From Minisyncoccota bacterium (lineage in GTDB: Bacteria > Patescibacteriota > Minisyncoccia > Phycocordibacterales > UBA6065): DNA of 64,000 nucleotides. The stretch lies in assembly GCA_036400935.1 (NCBI GenBank), contig DASWWW010000001.1, positions 46,096 to 110,095 on the forward strand, written 5' to 3'. Positions 53,233 to 63,046 of the stretch are shown here, piece by piece; the first letter of the stretch is position 1; every line of letters begins with the position of its first letter. Below the pieces are notes generated by a model. The model was not told where the DNA came from. It searched no databases and was given only the letters and a program-made list of their open reading frames with translations. The position numbers and the translations under genes are program-made.

Positions 53233-53655
53233 ATGATCGATAGCATCAAGACTCAGCTTCGAGACTCCGGTCTCAAGGCAACCCCGGTTAGGCAGGCGGT
53301 CCTCGCGCTTCTTTCCCGCTCGGGCAAGCCGTTTACGGCAAAGGAGATCGTGGCAAAGCTCTCCATAAAGATAAAAGGCCTCGACACTGTGACCGTGTAC
53401 CGTACCCTCCATTCGTTCGAAAAAGAGGGGATCGTCCGCTCCATCTCTTTGGGCAAGGACGCCCTCTCGTACGAAGTTCCGTCGCATCACCATCATCACA
53501 TCGTCTGCACGGACTGCTCGCATATAGAGGATTTCGAAGCCTGCGCCTTCGACTCGCTCAAGGATAGCGTCCTCAAGCACTCAAAATCGTTTACGGATAT
53601 CACGAAGCACTCGTTCGAGCTTTTCGGCTTGTGCAAAGCGTGTTCTAAGCGATAA
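53233..53655 (+). CDS. Fur family transcriptional regulator (Fur/Zur/PerR)
   Basis: LKATPVRQAVLALL...FTAKEIVAKL...VTVYRTLHSFEKEGIV...HHHHIVCTDCSHIED...CKACS (metal sites). Confidence 0.75.
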   Translation: MIDSIKTQLRDSGLKATPVRQAVLALLSRSGKPFTAKEIVAKLSIKIKGLDTVTVYRTLHSFEKEGIVRSISLGKDALSYEVPSHHHHHIVCTDCSHIEDFEACAFDSLKDSVLKHSKSFTDITKHSFELFGLCKACSKR

Positions 53656-53685
53656 GCGCCCTTGTCTGGGTGATATAATCACCTC

Positions 53686-54459
53686 ATGGCAAAGACAAAA
53701 AAATTCACGATAGTAGGCAATTGGAAGATGAATCCCGACACGCTCGACGCTGCAAAGGCTTTGTTCGGCGCCCTTTCGCGCAAGAGCGCTAAAGTTCCGC
53801 AAGTTTCAGTAATAATCGTCCCTCCAGCTCCGTTCGTTCCGGCCCTTTCAGGCAAGAAGAATCAGACCATAGCCATTGGCGCGCAGGACGTCTCCGTCGA
53901 GGAGCGCGGCGCATTTACCGGCTCCGTCTCTGCGACTCAGATCGCTACCTCGGGCGCTACGTACGCCCTCGTCGGCCATAGCGAGCGCCGCAATGCGGGC
54001 GATACCGACGCGATCGTCGCCCAGAAAGCCGTTCGCGCCATCAATGCGGGCATGAAGATCATCCTCTGCGTAGGCGAGAAGGAGCGTGACCAGAACGCTC
54101 ATTATCTCCGAGCTATCCGCGAACAGATCCTTACCGTATTCAACGCAATTACCGACAAGAAGCAGATCAAATCAGTCATCATCGCATATGAGCCTGTCTG
54201 GGCAATCGGCAAGAGCTTCGCCCTCGCTCCAAAGCCTGCCGACATTCACGAGATGTCTCTCTATATAAAGAAAGTCGCCATCGAGGCATTGGGCAAGAAT
54301 GACGGCCTCAAGATGCAGGTCCTCTACGGTGGCTCAGTAAACAGCGAGAATGCAGAGGGCATGCTCCGCGACGGCGCTATCGACGGCCTTCTCATCGGCC
54401 GGCAGTCTCTCGAGGCAGAGGCTTTCTCAACCATCATCGACTATGCCGCAAACATTTAA
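53686..54459 (+). CDS. tpiA: triosephosphate isomerase
   Basis: VGNWKMN...ALVGHSERR...IAYEPVWAIG (active-site Lys/His/Glu contexts). Confidence 0.9.
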   Translation: MAKTKKFTIVGNWKMNPDTLDAAKALFGALSRKSAKVPQVSVIIVPPAPFVPALSGKKNQTIAIGAQDVSVEERGAFTGSVSATQIATSGATYALVGHSERRNAGDTDAIVAQKAVRAINAGMKIILCVGEKERDQNAHYLRAIREQILTVFNAITDKKQIKSVIIAYEPVWAIGKSFALAPKPADIHEMSLYIKKVAIEALGKNDGLKMQVLYGGSVNSENAEGMLRDGAIDGLLIGRQSLEAEAFSTIIDYAANI

Positions 54460-55579
54460 GAAGCTCGCTGACGTCGCGGCAAAGGATCTCCGCGGCAAGC
54501 GCGTCCTTCTGCGCCTCGATCTGAACGTGCCTATCGTCGGGGAAGAGGTGCGCGACGATTTCCGCATCAAGCGATCTCTGCCGACACTCCAGTTCTTGCG
54601 AGAGGCAGGCGCAAAGACGATCGTCATCAGCCATTTGGAGAGCGATACGACCGACTCACTCTCTCTCATTGCCGAATACATCGGCAAGAAGATGCCGATT
54701 CAGGGCTTCGTGTCCGATTACTCCAAAGCTCCTGCCGCTATCTCATCCATGAAGGACGGCGACATCATTATTCTCGAGAATCTCCGCCGCGATGCGGGCG
54801 AGAAGGCGAATGATGCTGCTTTCGCTGCTCGATTGGCTTCTTTTGGCGACATATATGTGAACGATGCCTTCGCCGTTTCGCACAGAGCGCATGCGTCGAT
54901 CGTCGGCGTGACAAAGCTCCTGCCTTCGTATGCCGGCCTCCTGCTTGCAACCGAGATCGAAGAGCTTTCAAAGGCATTCAATCCCGAGCATCCGTTCGTA
55001 TTCCTCCTTGGTGGTGCTAAATTCGACACTAAATTGCCCCTCATCGAGAAATTCCTCGGCATTGCGGACAGTGTGTTCGTCGGCGGAGCGCTCGCTAACG
55101 ATATTTTCAAGGAAAAGGGATACGAGGTCGGCGCATCGCTCGTCTCGAAGGTTCCTGTGGACCTCAAAAGCATTGCTGCCAATCCGAAATTGATCGTCGC
55201 GTCGGATGTCGCGGTCATGGGTGCGAAGGGCAAGGCGATAAAAGCTGCCAATGCAGCGCTTCCTGGCGAAAGGATCTTGGACACGGGACCACAGACCATC
55301 GCGCAGCTCGCCGTCTTGCTCAAGGAAGCGAAGTTCGTCCTTTGGAACGGTCCTGTTGGGGACTATGAGAAGGACGGTTTTGCGCAGGGCACCGAGGACC
55401 TCGCTCGCGCTGTGGTCGCGAGTGGCGCTCAGACCGTCCTCGGAGGAGGGGACTCGATCGCAGTTATTGCCAACATCGGCCTTTTGGACAAGTTCAGCTT
55501 TGTCTCTACCGGCGGCGGCGCGATGCTCGAGTTTTTGGCGAAAGGCACGTTGCCAGGCATAGAGGCCCTAAAAGCCTAG
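54443..55579 (+). CDS. pgk: phosphoglycerate kinase
   Basis: RVLLRLDLNVPI...ISHLESD...LENLRRDAGE...FLLGGAKFDTKLPLIE...; start at MPQTFKK, overlapping the tpiA stop. Confidence 0.9.
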   Translation: MPQTFKKLADVAAKDLRGKRVLLRLDLNVPIVGEEVRDDFRIKRSLPTLQFLREAGAKTIVISHLESDTTDSLSLIAEYIGKKMPIQGFVSDYSKAPAAISSMKDGDIIILENLRRDAGEKANDAAFAARLASFGDIYVNDAFAVSHRAHASIVGVTKLLPSYAGLLLATEIEELSKAFNPEHPFVFLLGGAKFDTKLPLIEKFLGIADSVFVGGALANDIFKEKGYEVGASLVSKVPVDLKSIAANPKLIVASDVAVMGAKGKAIKAANAALPGERILDTGPQTIAQLAVLLKEAKFVLWNGPVGDYEKDGFAQGTEDLARAVVASGAQTVLGGGDSIAVIANIGLLDKFSFVSTGGGAMLEFLAKGTLPGIEALKA

Positions 55580-55594
55580 TTAAATACTCAAAAC

Positions 55595-55621
55595 GAAAGA
55601 GCGCCTTGCGGCGCTCTTTTG
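55595..55621. terminator. bidirectional terminator aaagagcgccttgcggcgctctttt
   Basis: Perfect stem between convergent pgk and HIT genes. Confidence 0.5.
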
Positions 55622-55981
55622 CTATAAGGCTTTGCGGATTTTCTCGGCGTTGCCGGCGAAATCAGTCTTGTCTCCAGCGACGTCCTTGTCTGGATATACC
55701 CAGATGTGAGCGTGAGGGACTTCTTCACCCATGATTTTCGATATAACGAGATCGGTTCCAAATGCTTTCTTCTGAGCGAGGGCGATTTTCTGCGCCGCTT
55801 CAAAGTATTTTCCTGCATTCGGCACGTCCCATACCCATCGGTAATGCTGCCTTGGTATGACGAGGGCGTGGCCTGGCGATTCTGGCCTAATATCGAGGAT
55901 TGCCATGAAGTCCGAGTCCTCGTAGACCTTGTGCGAAGGGATTTCGCCTTTGACTATTTTGCAGAATACGCAATTTTCCAT
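55622..55981 (-). CDS. HIT family (histidine triad) protein
   Basis: MENCVFCKIVKGEIPSHKVYEDSDFMAILD...VPHAHIWVYP (HxHxHxx). Confidence 0.8.
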   Translation of the reverse strand: MENCVFCKIVKGEIPSHKVYEDSDFMAILDIRPESPGHALVIPRQHYRWVWDVPNAGKYFEAAQKIALAQKKAFGTDLVISKIMGEEVPHAHIWVYPDKDVAGDKTDFAGNAEKIRKAL

Positions 55982-55987
55982 ATCGAG

Positions 55988-57739
55988 ATGATAGCACGTG
56001 ATAGAATGTCGTCTATGAAATACTCTCTGCGCGATGCTGGCGCGCCAAAGCCGGCCGAATTTGCCGCGTTCTCGGATACGCTGTCGTCGCTTTTGGTCGG
56101 GCGCGGCGTCAAAACGCTGGCGGAGGCGCAGGATTTTCTCGCGCCCGACTATGACAGCCATACGCACGATCCTTTCTTGATGAAAAACATGGACAAGGCC
56201 GTCGAGAGGGTATATCAGGCGATCAAGAATAATGAGTTCATCTCGATCTTTACCGATTACGACGCGGACGGCATTCCGGGCGGCGTGATCCTGTACGATG
56301 CGATCCGAAAGACGGGATACAAGAACTTCGAGGTCTATATTCCGCATCGCCATGATGAGGGATTCGGTTTGAGCATGCATGCGATCGATGGATTTAAGGC
56401 AAAGGGAGCGAAGCTCATCATCACGATCGACTGCGGCATCGCCGACATAGAGGAGGTTGCCTATGCGCAATCCCTCGGCATCGACGTCATTGTTACCGAT
56501 CACCATATGCCGCATACCAAAGAAGGGGATCCGACGCAGCATCTCCCTCCGGCGCATGCCATCCTCAATCCAAAGCTTGCCGACTGCCAGTATCCTGAAA
56601 AGATGCTTTGTGGCTCGGGCGTCATATTCAAATTCGTCCAGGCTTTCTACCAGAAGCACGGCGCCGAGTTCGGCGTGAAGCCAGGCTGGGAAAAGTGGTT
56701 CCTCGATATGGTCGGCATCGCAACGCTTTCGGACATGGTGCCTTTGGTGGGCGAGAATCGCGTATTTGCCGTGTACGGATTGAAGGTCCTCAAGAAGACC
56801 GCGCGCCCGGGCCTGTCCCAGCTTTTTTCGAAACTGCGCGTGAGCCGGGAGCACCTCTCGGAGGACGATATCGGATTCACAATCACGCCGCGCATCAACG
56901 CAGCGTCCCGTATGGGCGAGCCAATGGCCGCTTTCAATATGCTCTCGACCGATGATCAGGCCTTGGCCGGAGTCTATGCGGACGCATTGGAGAGCGTGAA
57001 CAACGAGCGAAAGGGGACCGTGGCGTCCCTCGTAAAGGAGGTAAAGAAAATACTCAGCGAGCGGGACATCACGGACAAGAAAGCGATCGTCCTCGGCAAT
57101 CCTTCGTGGAGGCCTGCGCTTTTGGGACTTGTCGCCAATACTTTGGCTGAAGAATACAACCGCCCGGCATTCCTCTGGGGCAGGGATGGTGAGGGAATCA
57201 TAAAGGGCTCGTGCCGATCAGGCGGAACGACGAGCGTCCTGGCCATCATGCAGAAAACTCCCGCATCGTTCATCGCATTCGGCGGACATGCTGCGTCGGG
57301 AGGCTTCGAGGTCGCGAACGATGCCGTGCATCTGCTCGCCGAATCCTTGGAAAAGGCTGCGCATGACCTTGGCGGCGTCATCGAGGAGAAGGAAGAGTTC
57401 GTGGATGGCCATATAGGACTCGATGAGGTCTCGTGGAATCTGTATCGGGACATCGAAAAGCTCGCTCCGTACGGTACAGGCAATGCAAAGCCGGTCTTTT
57501 TGATAAAAGGAGCCCATATCGATACGATCAAATCGTTCGGCAAGGAGAAGAATCACACAGAGATCGTGTTTTTGGACAAGAATAACCGCAAGATCTCCGC
57601 TATCCAGTTTTTCGCCTCGACCGACTCGCTGCCGGCTCATGCCAAGGCGCAGTCAAAAGTGGATGTCGTGGCCCATCTTGAGAAATCAACCTTCAAGAAT
57701 TATCCCGAATTGCGCCTGCGCATAGTTGAGGTACTATAA
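55988..57739 (+). CDS. recJ: single-stranded-DNA-specific exonuclease RecJ
   Basis: DHH motifs (IFTDYDADGIPG; ITIDCGIAD; VIVTDHHMP) and DHHA1 (GGHAASGGF); start at first ATG after the HIT gene. Confidence 0.8.
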   Translation: MIARDRMSSMKYSLRDAGAPKPAEFAAFSDTLSSLLVGRGVKTLAEAQDFLAPDYDSHTHDPFLMKNMDKAVERVYQAIKNNEFISIFTDYDADGIPGGVILYDAIRKTGYKNFEVYIPHRHDEGFGLSMHAIDGFKAKGAKLIITIDCGIADIEEVAYAQSLGIDVIVTDHHMPHTKEGDPTQHLPPAHAILNPKLADCQYPEKMLCGSGVIFKFVQAFYQKHGAEFGVKPGWEKWFLDMVGIATLSDMVPLVGENRVFAVYGLKVLKKTARPGLSQLFSKLRVSREHLSEDDIGFTITPRINAASRMGEPMAAFNMLSTDDQALAGVYADALESVNNERKGTVASLVKEVKKILSERDITDKKAIVLGNPSWRPALLGLVANTLAEEYNRPAFLWGRDGEGIIKGSCRSGGTTSVLAIMQKTPASFIAFGGHAASGGFEVANDAVHLLAESLEKAAHDLGGVIEEKEEFVDGHIGLDEVSWNLYRDIEKLAPYGTGNAKPVFLIKGAHIDTIKSFGKEKNHTEIVFLDKNNRKISAIQFFASTDSLPAHAKAQSKVDVVAHLEKSTFKNYPELRLRIVEVL

Positions 57740-58001
57740 GAGCGTATGAGTGCTCATTCTGATCGAAATCGAGTGGGCGCGAAGGACGACGGCAGGCTCG
57801 GTGGCAATGGCAGGGAGCCTCGCTTCGTAACGGTCGAGCGGTTGCTATGGACCGGAACCAGTCTCTCTCCCAAGAAGCTTAAAGCTCTCGTCATGAGCGT
57901 GCCTCGTCGGCCAATTCGCAGCATCATTCGAAAGAAATAATCGCAGCCGCGACAGCGCGGTTTTTTTATCCGGTCGGGAGCCCATTTGCTATACTCTATC
58001 C

Positions 58002-58724
58002 ATGTCTATCACCATATTTACTGACGGATCGTCCCGAGGAAATCCCGGACCAGGCGGCTGGGGCGCTATTGTCCGCACGGAATCGAAAGTCACCGAGCTC
58101 GGTGGGCGGGAGGATCATACGACGAACAATCGCATGGAGCTTTTAGCGGCCATCAGCGCATTGGATTCCGTAGTTTCGCAGAAAATCAGCGGCAAGAAGA
58201 TCCTCGTGCAGAGCGATTCTAAATACGTCATTCAGGGAATTACTTCTTGGGTCTCTGGCTGGAAGAGGAACGGCTGGATCACTGCCGGCAAGAAAGAGGT
58301 GGGGAATCGCGATCTATGGGAGGCGCTTTCGGGCGCTGTCGCATCGGTTGGCGCTGCTGGCAATGCGGTCTCTTGGAAATACGTCGAGGGGCATGCTGGC
58401 CATCCTGGGAACGAGCGCTGCGACGAGATCGCGACGACGTTTGCCGACAAGTCTCCGACCGACCTGTATGCGGGCGCCCGCGACAGCTATCCGATAGACC
58501 TCGACGCCGCACCTGCCGCGGGCGCCCAGGCCGCCAATGCTAAAAAGAAATCCTCCTCATCGGTCAAAGCCTATTCATATCTGTCGCTCGTGGACGGCGT
58601 CCTTCAGATTCACAAGACCTGGGCCGAATGCGAGGCTCGCGTAAAAGGAGTGCGAGGAACAAAATTCAAGAAATCTATTTCCGCCGCAGACGAGGCAGCC
58701 ATCAGGAAGGAGTGGGGAGTGTAG
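58002..58724 (+). CDS. rnhA: ribonuclease HI with C-terminal extension
   Basis: IFTDGSSRGNPGPGGWGAIV...TNNRMELLAAISAL...VQSDSKYVIQGI...WKYVEGHAGHPGNERCDEIA. Confidence 0.8.
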   Translation: MSITIFTDGSSRGNPGPGGWGAIVRTESKVTELGGREDHTTNNRMELLAAISALDSVVSQKISGKKILVQSDSKYVIQGITSWVSGWKRNGWITAGKKEVGNRDLWEALSGAVASVGAAGNAVSWKYVEGHAGHPGNERCDEIATTFADKSPTDLYAGARDSYPIDLDAAPAAGAQAANAKKKSSSSVKAYSYLSLVDGVLQIHKTWAECEARVKGVRGTKFKKSISAADEAAIRKEWGV

Positions 58725-58762
58725 CGTTCGAATGAATACGGAGAGGAATAAAAAGCCCGCAT

Positions 58763-59403
58763 CTAGCATGCGGGCTGTCCCGTTATGGCGATGATCTTTT
58801 CATGGACCAGTACCAGTTGGCGGATTAAATCGTGATTTGCTAAGTCGCTGGGGGTCGCTGAAGGATTCGTCAATCTCCATTCCCGAATTCGATCCTCGAG
58901 TTGAGCCTTTCTATTGAATAGTGCTCTTATGAGAATCTCTTCATGATTTCTGCTTTTGGCTCCAGAAGACTTCAGCATAGTCTGAACGAAGCTGGAAAGG
59001 GGCATTTGCAAACACGATATCACGGGCCAAATAAAAAACGAACTGCCTATTCGGGCGGTTCGTGACATTCGACGGGGCGCAAGGATGCGTGAAGATCCTG
59101 AAGAGCGGTTCTCTTGCCGGCAGCCATCCTTTTGTTGAACTTGAGGCAGGCCATGAGAAGCTTTAGCTCGGTCTGAATAAACCATTGGCGGTGCCGGTGC
59201 TCGATGTCGTGGAAAGGATTCTTTGCCTCCCAGGACCTCCTCCTTTCGACGAACTGCTCGTATCTCGCTAGGGTGGCCCACCTGAGCGCCTTTCTCACTT
59301 TTCTGTTCATCAGTACCCCTTTCAGGTACCAGAATACTCCGTTGCAGATACACGCCGCCGCTAGAATCAAAAAGAATATACACACTGGACTGGGCATGTG
59401 CAT
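58763..59403 (-). CDS. hypothetical protein, possibly frameshifted (two overlapping minus-strand frames, 59047..59403 and 58763..59383)
   Basis: N-terminal TM plus a basic region in one frame and a C-terminal region in the other; no family recognised. Confidence 0.25.
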
Positions 59404-59464
59404 TTGAAGCTACCTTATCACGCTCTTTATGATTTGTTTATTGTCCTGTGTATAAGCTGTCGGG

Positions 59465-60808
59465 ATGGGCAATCGCGCTTTTTACGTAATCTTTCTCTCC
59501 TTTTTCGGCTGCGTATTCGTATTCACGATGGCGGATTCAAAATTTGGCATTCTTGATGACGGCGTTCATCCCCTCGATCAACTTGTCGGCACGAAGGTTT
59601 CCGTAACGGGCATCGTATGCGCCGAGCCCGAAGCTCGCGACGCTTCATTGAAATTTTGCTTTGAGTCGGAGCGGGGAGGAAAGCGAATTTTGGTTACAGC
59701 AGCGCGCTATCCGGAATATTCGTACGGTGATGAACTGATCCTGTCAGGCAAGCTGGAATTTCCGGAGATTATCGAATCCGAGGACGGCAGCCCGCCGTTT
59801 GATTACCCGAGGTATCTGGCGAAAGACGGCATTCGCTATCTCATGTCCCGTCCGACGGTAGAGGATACGGGCGAGAATAAGGGAAATAGGCTGATCGTCA
59901 TGCTGTTTGCGCTCAAGTCGGCCTTTACAGGCCTGATGCAGGATCTTTTTCCTGAGCCTGAATCGTCGCTCCTCGCAGGAATCCTTTTGGGCGAGAAATC
60001 GGGTCTGTCGCCGGAGCTTACGGACCAATTTCGCAATGCGGGGCTCGTCCACATACTCGTCCTCTCGGGCTCGAACGTGACAGTCGTCGCCGAAGGGTTG
60101 ATGAAGACGTTCGCATTCCTGCCCGCAGCCTTGTCGCGGATATTCGGCGCCGGATCGATCATCTTGTTCGCCCTTATGACTGGAGCGTCGGCGACGACCG
60201 TACGCGCGACTATCATGGCGCTTATCGTCATATTGGCGAAATCCTCGGCCCGACGCTACGACGTGACGCGGGCGCTCGTGCTGGCGGCCTTCGGTATGAC
60301 GCTCGAAAATCCACAGATCCTGGCATTCGATGCCTCATTCCAGCTTTCGTTCCTGGCTACGCTCGCGCTCATATATGTCGCGCCCATCGTCGAAGAGAAG
60401 CTGTCGTGGGTGACGGACCGATTCAAGCTGCGCGAGATGCTGGCGACGACGATCGGCACTCAGATACTGACGACACCCCTGATACTGCACATGTCGGGAA
60501 ATCTCTCAATTGTGTCGCTGCCGCCGAACTTGCTCGTCCTGCCGCTCGTACCCTTGTCGATGCTCGGTGGCTTCGTGGCAGTAATGGTCGGTTTCGTAAG
60601 CGAGACCTTGGCCCTGCCTTTCGCGTGGGGAACGTCGCTCGTCCTTTCGTACATTATAAAAGTGACCGTATTCTTTGGCGGTTTGCCATTTGCCGCCGTA
60701 GAAATGAGAATGAGCGCTTCCGCGCTCACGATCTCATACACCGCTATCGTCTGGTATCTGGTTATTTATTGGCGTCGGCGAAATTCTTTGCCGCAGTCTC
60801 CCAATTGA
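59465..60808 (+). CDS. ComEC/Rec2 family DNA-uptake channel protein, membrane part (DUF4131 plus Competence domains)
   Basis: OB-like N-terminal region, then ILLGEKSGLSPELTDQFRNAGLVHILVLSGSNV...FQLSFLATLALI, the ComEC competence-domain signature. Confidence 0.7.
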   Translation: MGNRAFYVIFLSFFGCVFVFTMADSKFGILDDGVHPLDQLVGTKVSVTGIVCAEPEARDASLKFCFESERGGKRILVTAARYPEYSYGDELILSGKLEFPEIIESEDGSPPFDYPRYLAKDGIRYLMSRPTVEDTGENKGNRLIVMLFALKSAFTGLMQDLFPEPESSLLAGILLGEKSGLSPELTDQFRNAGLVHILVLSGSNVTVVAEGLMKTFAFLPAALSRIFGAGSIILFALMTGASATTVRATIMALIVILAKSSARRYDVTRALVLAAFGMTLENPQILAFDASFQLSFLATLALIYVAPIVEEKLSWVTDRFKLREMLATTIGTQILTTPLILHMSGNLSIVSLPPNLLVLPLVPLSMLGGFVAVMVGFVSETLALPFAWGTSLVLSYIIKVTVFFGGLPFAAVEMRMSASALTISYTAIVWYLVIYWRRRNSLPQSPN

Positions 60809-61355
60809 GGTTCGCGAAGAAATCCTCGACGTACTGTTTCTTGCCCGAAGGCTGATAGTCGGCGACGAACGAGTGCTCCCACATGTCGAGCATGAGGACA
60901 GGGGAGATGCCTGTGAGGTGCCCGAGATGCTGCTCGTCTATCCATGCGTTGACGAGACGGCCGTTCGCATTGTCAAAATAGAGCACTGCCCAGCCGATAC
61001 CGCGAGTCATGGCGACTGCCTTGAATCGGGCAAGCCACGCGTCGAACGATCCCCATTCTGCGGCGATCGCTTGTGAGAGAGCACTGTCTGATGAAAGCGC
61101 CTTTGCGCCGCCTTCGAGGTGGGAGAAATAGAACTCATGGTTCCTCATGCCGTCGAACTCAAAGCCGAAGCGTCGCTGCATCTCGCCGACAGCGTAGGCG
61201 TTCTTCTCGTCTTTTGCCATCTCGTCGATCTTCTCGATGATGAGGTTGGCGTGCTTCACGTATCCTGCGTAGAGCTTGAGATGCTCCTCGATGCTTTTTG
61301 CTGAGATTCCCTTGAGCGCGGGGATATTGAATTTCCTTTCTTCGAATTTTTTCAT
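60762..61355 (-). CDS. Fe/Mn superoxide dismutase
   Basis: FNIPALKGISAKSIEEHLKLYAGYV; FGFEFDGMRNHEFYF; DMWEHSFVADYQ (metal ligands His/His/Asp/His); start at MKKFEERKF. Confidence 0.85.
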   Translation of the reverse strand: MKKFEERKFNIPALKGISAKSIEEHLKLYAGYVKHANLIIEKIDEMAKDEKNAYAVGEMQRRFGFEFDGMRNHEFYFSHLEGGAKALSSDSALSQAIAAEWGSFDAWLARFKAVAMTRGIGWAVLYFDNANGRLVNAWIDEQHLGHLTGISPVLMLDMWEHSFVADYQPSGKKQYVEDFFANLNWETAAKNFADANK

Positions 61356-61415
61356 AGCGGTTCTGAAATTAGCTGATATATACCTATTATACGCATTGTG
61401 AGTATAATTTCTTGC

Positions 61416-62177
61416 ATGCATCCGAATATCAAAGCATTGCGGCAGGCGTTGGCAGAGACGGGCGTGGCTTTTTCGTCTGTAGAGGGCTTTGAGGATATCG
61501 TCATGGTCGCTGGCCATCCGTTCATGTACGCTCTGACACCGTTCAATACCCATTCGGGTTCGGCGGTCTGTCTCGACAAGGCAATGCTGTTCAAGCTGCT
61601 TGAAGGCAGGGTCCGCATGCCCCGTACGGTAAGTATCGTCGACCCTAACGGCGACTATCCTAAGCATATTAAGGTCGATGGCCTTGAGGAATCCTTTAAG
61701 AAAGCTTCAGGCATTCCTTATCCCCTCATCGTTAAGATGAATGCGGGCGACGCCGGCCGAAACGTGTACAAGGTGGACACCGAAGTCGAGGCGAGAGACG
61801 GCATCGCGGCTATTTTTAACAAAGCGTCGAAAAACTATGATTTTATCGCCCTTGTTCAAGAATACATAAAGCCCGTTCGCGAGATCCGCGCGGTTATCGT
61901 GAACGGCAAGTTCTCCTTTGCCTATGACAGGAAGGGCGCTGACATGTTGTCTGGAGAGGTTGCCGATGAAGTCAGCCGGCTTTCAAAAATCATTCTCGGT
62001 ACTGTTTCACTGTCATGGTGTGCCCTCGATTTCATCGAATCGGAATCCGGCGAGCTCTATTTCCTCGAGGCGAATACCCGGCCGGGATTCGAAGGCTTCC
62101 TTGCCCGCCATGGCGACAGGCTTTTGGTCGATGCGTATAAAGATGCCTTGAAGTCTTTCCTTGAGATATGGAGATAA
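61416..62177 (+). CDS. ATP-grasp domain protein (RimK/GshB-like ligase)
   Basis: PLIVKMNAGDAGRNVYKV...ALVQEYIKPVREIRAVIVNGK...YFLEANTRPGFEG. Confidence 0.6.
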   Translation: MHPNIKALRQALAETGVAFSSVEGFEDIVMVAGHPFMYALTPFNTHSGSAVCLDKAMLFKLLEGRVRMPRTVSIVDPNGDYPKHIKVDGLEESFKKASGIPYPLIVKMNAGDAGRNVYKVDTEVEARDGIAAIFNKASKNYDFIALVQEYIKPVREIRAVIVNGKFSFAYDRKGADMLSGEVADEVSRLSKIILGTVSLSWCALDFIESESGELYFLEANTRPGFEGFLARHGDRLLVDAYKDALKSFLEIWR

Positions 62178-63025
62178 TCACCCAACATTTTCGTAAGGTG
62201 GTGCTCGCGACGCTTACGTGCGTCGCTTTTGCTGTCTGTATCGCTTATTTCATGGAACGAAACTCGGGTCTGCTTCACGTGTACTTCCTTGACGTGGGGC
62301 AGGGCGATGCCATTTACATTCGCACGCCTAACGGCCGTGACATGCTCATTGACTCTGGTCCTAATCGCGCCGTGGTTCAGAGGCTGTCGGAAGTAATGCC
62401 GTGGTATGACAAGTCTATCGATGTGGCTCTCGAGACGCATCCCGATGCCGATCATATTGGTGGGTTCCCTCAAATACTGGAACGGTACAAGATCGGCGTA
62501 TTTGTGGAACCGGGCGTCGAATCCGCGAATGCCGTAGATGATGAGATCCGAAGTCTGCGTGCCGAGAAGGCCGTCGCCGGCGAGATCGCGCGGCGCGGTA
62601 TCCGCATTGATTTCGGCGACGGCGCCCATTTCGACATCCTGTACCCCGACACCGATCCGTCAAAGATGGAAACGAACGACGCGTCGATCATCGGCAGGCT
62701 TGTGTACGGCTCGACGTCGGTGATGCTTACGGGCGACGCGCCGAAATCGGTAGAGAATAGGCTCCACATGCTCGACGGCGAACGGTTGGCGAGCACTATC
62801 CTGAAGGCAGGGCATCACGGATCTAAAGGCTCTTCAGGAGAATCGTTCGTGAGAGCGGTCGGCCCTCTGTTTGGCGTCATCTCGGCGGGCAGAAAGAATC
62901 GCTACGGCCATCCGCATAAGGAGGTCATGGATATCTTGGCCGCCGGGCGGGTCGAAGTATCGCGAACCGATATGGAGGGAACGATCGGCTTCGTATCCGA
63001 TGGCAAAGCCTTCTTCAAGGAATAA
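62168..63025 (+). CDS. ComEC C-terminal metallo-beta-lactamase domain protein (separate gene)
   Basis: YFLDVGQGDAIYIRTPNGRDMLIDSG...HPDADHIGG...LKAGHHGSKGSS (MBL HxHxDH plus ComEC-type motifs), N-terminal TM. Confidence 0.7.
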   Translation: MEIITQHFRKVVLATLTCVAFAVCIAYFMERNSGLLHVYFLDVGQGDAIYIRTPNGRDMLIDSGPNRAVVQRLSEVMPWYDKSIDVALETHPDADHIGGFPQILERYKIGVFVEPGVESANAVDDEIRSLRAEKAVAGEIARRGIRIDFGDGAHFDILYPDTDPSKMETNDASIIGRLVYGSTSVMLTGDAPKSVENRLHMLDGERLASTILKAGHHGSKGSSGESFVRAVGPLFGVISAGRKNRYGHPHKEVMDILAAGRVEVSRTDMEGTIGFVSDGKAFFKE

Positions 63026-63046
63026 AAAAGAACGGCCAATGCCGTT

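Noticed and set aside
57746-57940. 64-aa ORF after recJ
   Set aside because: It is Arg/Gly-rich low-complexity sequence, with no ribosome-binding context, and lies in the recJ terminator region.
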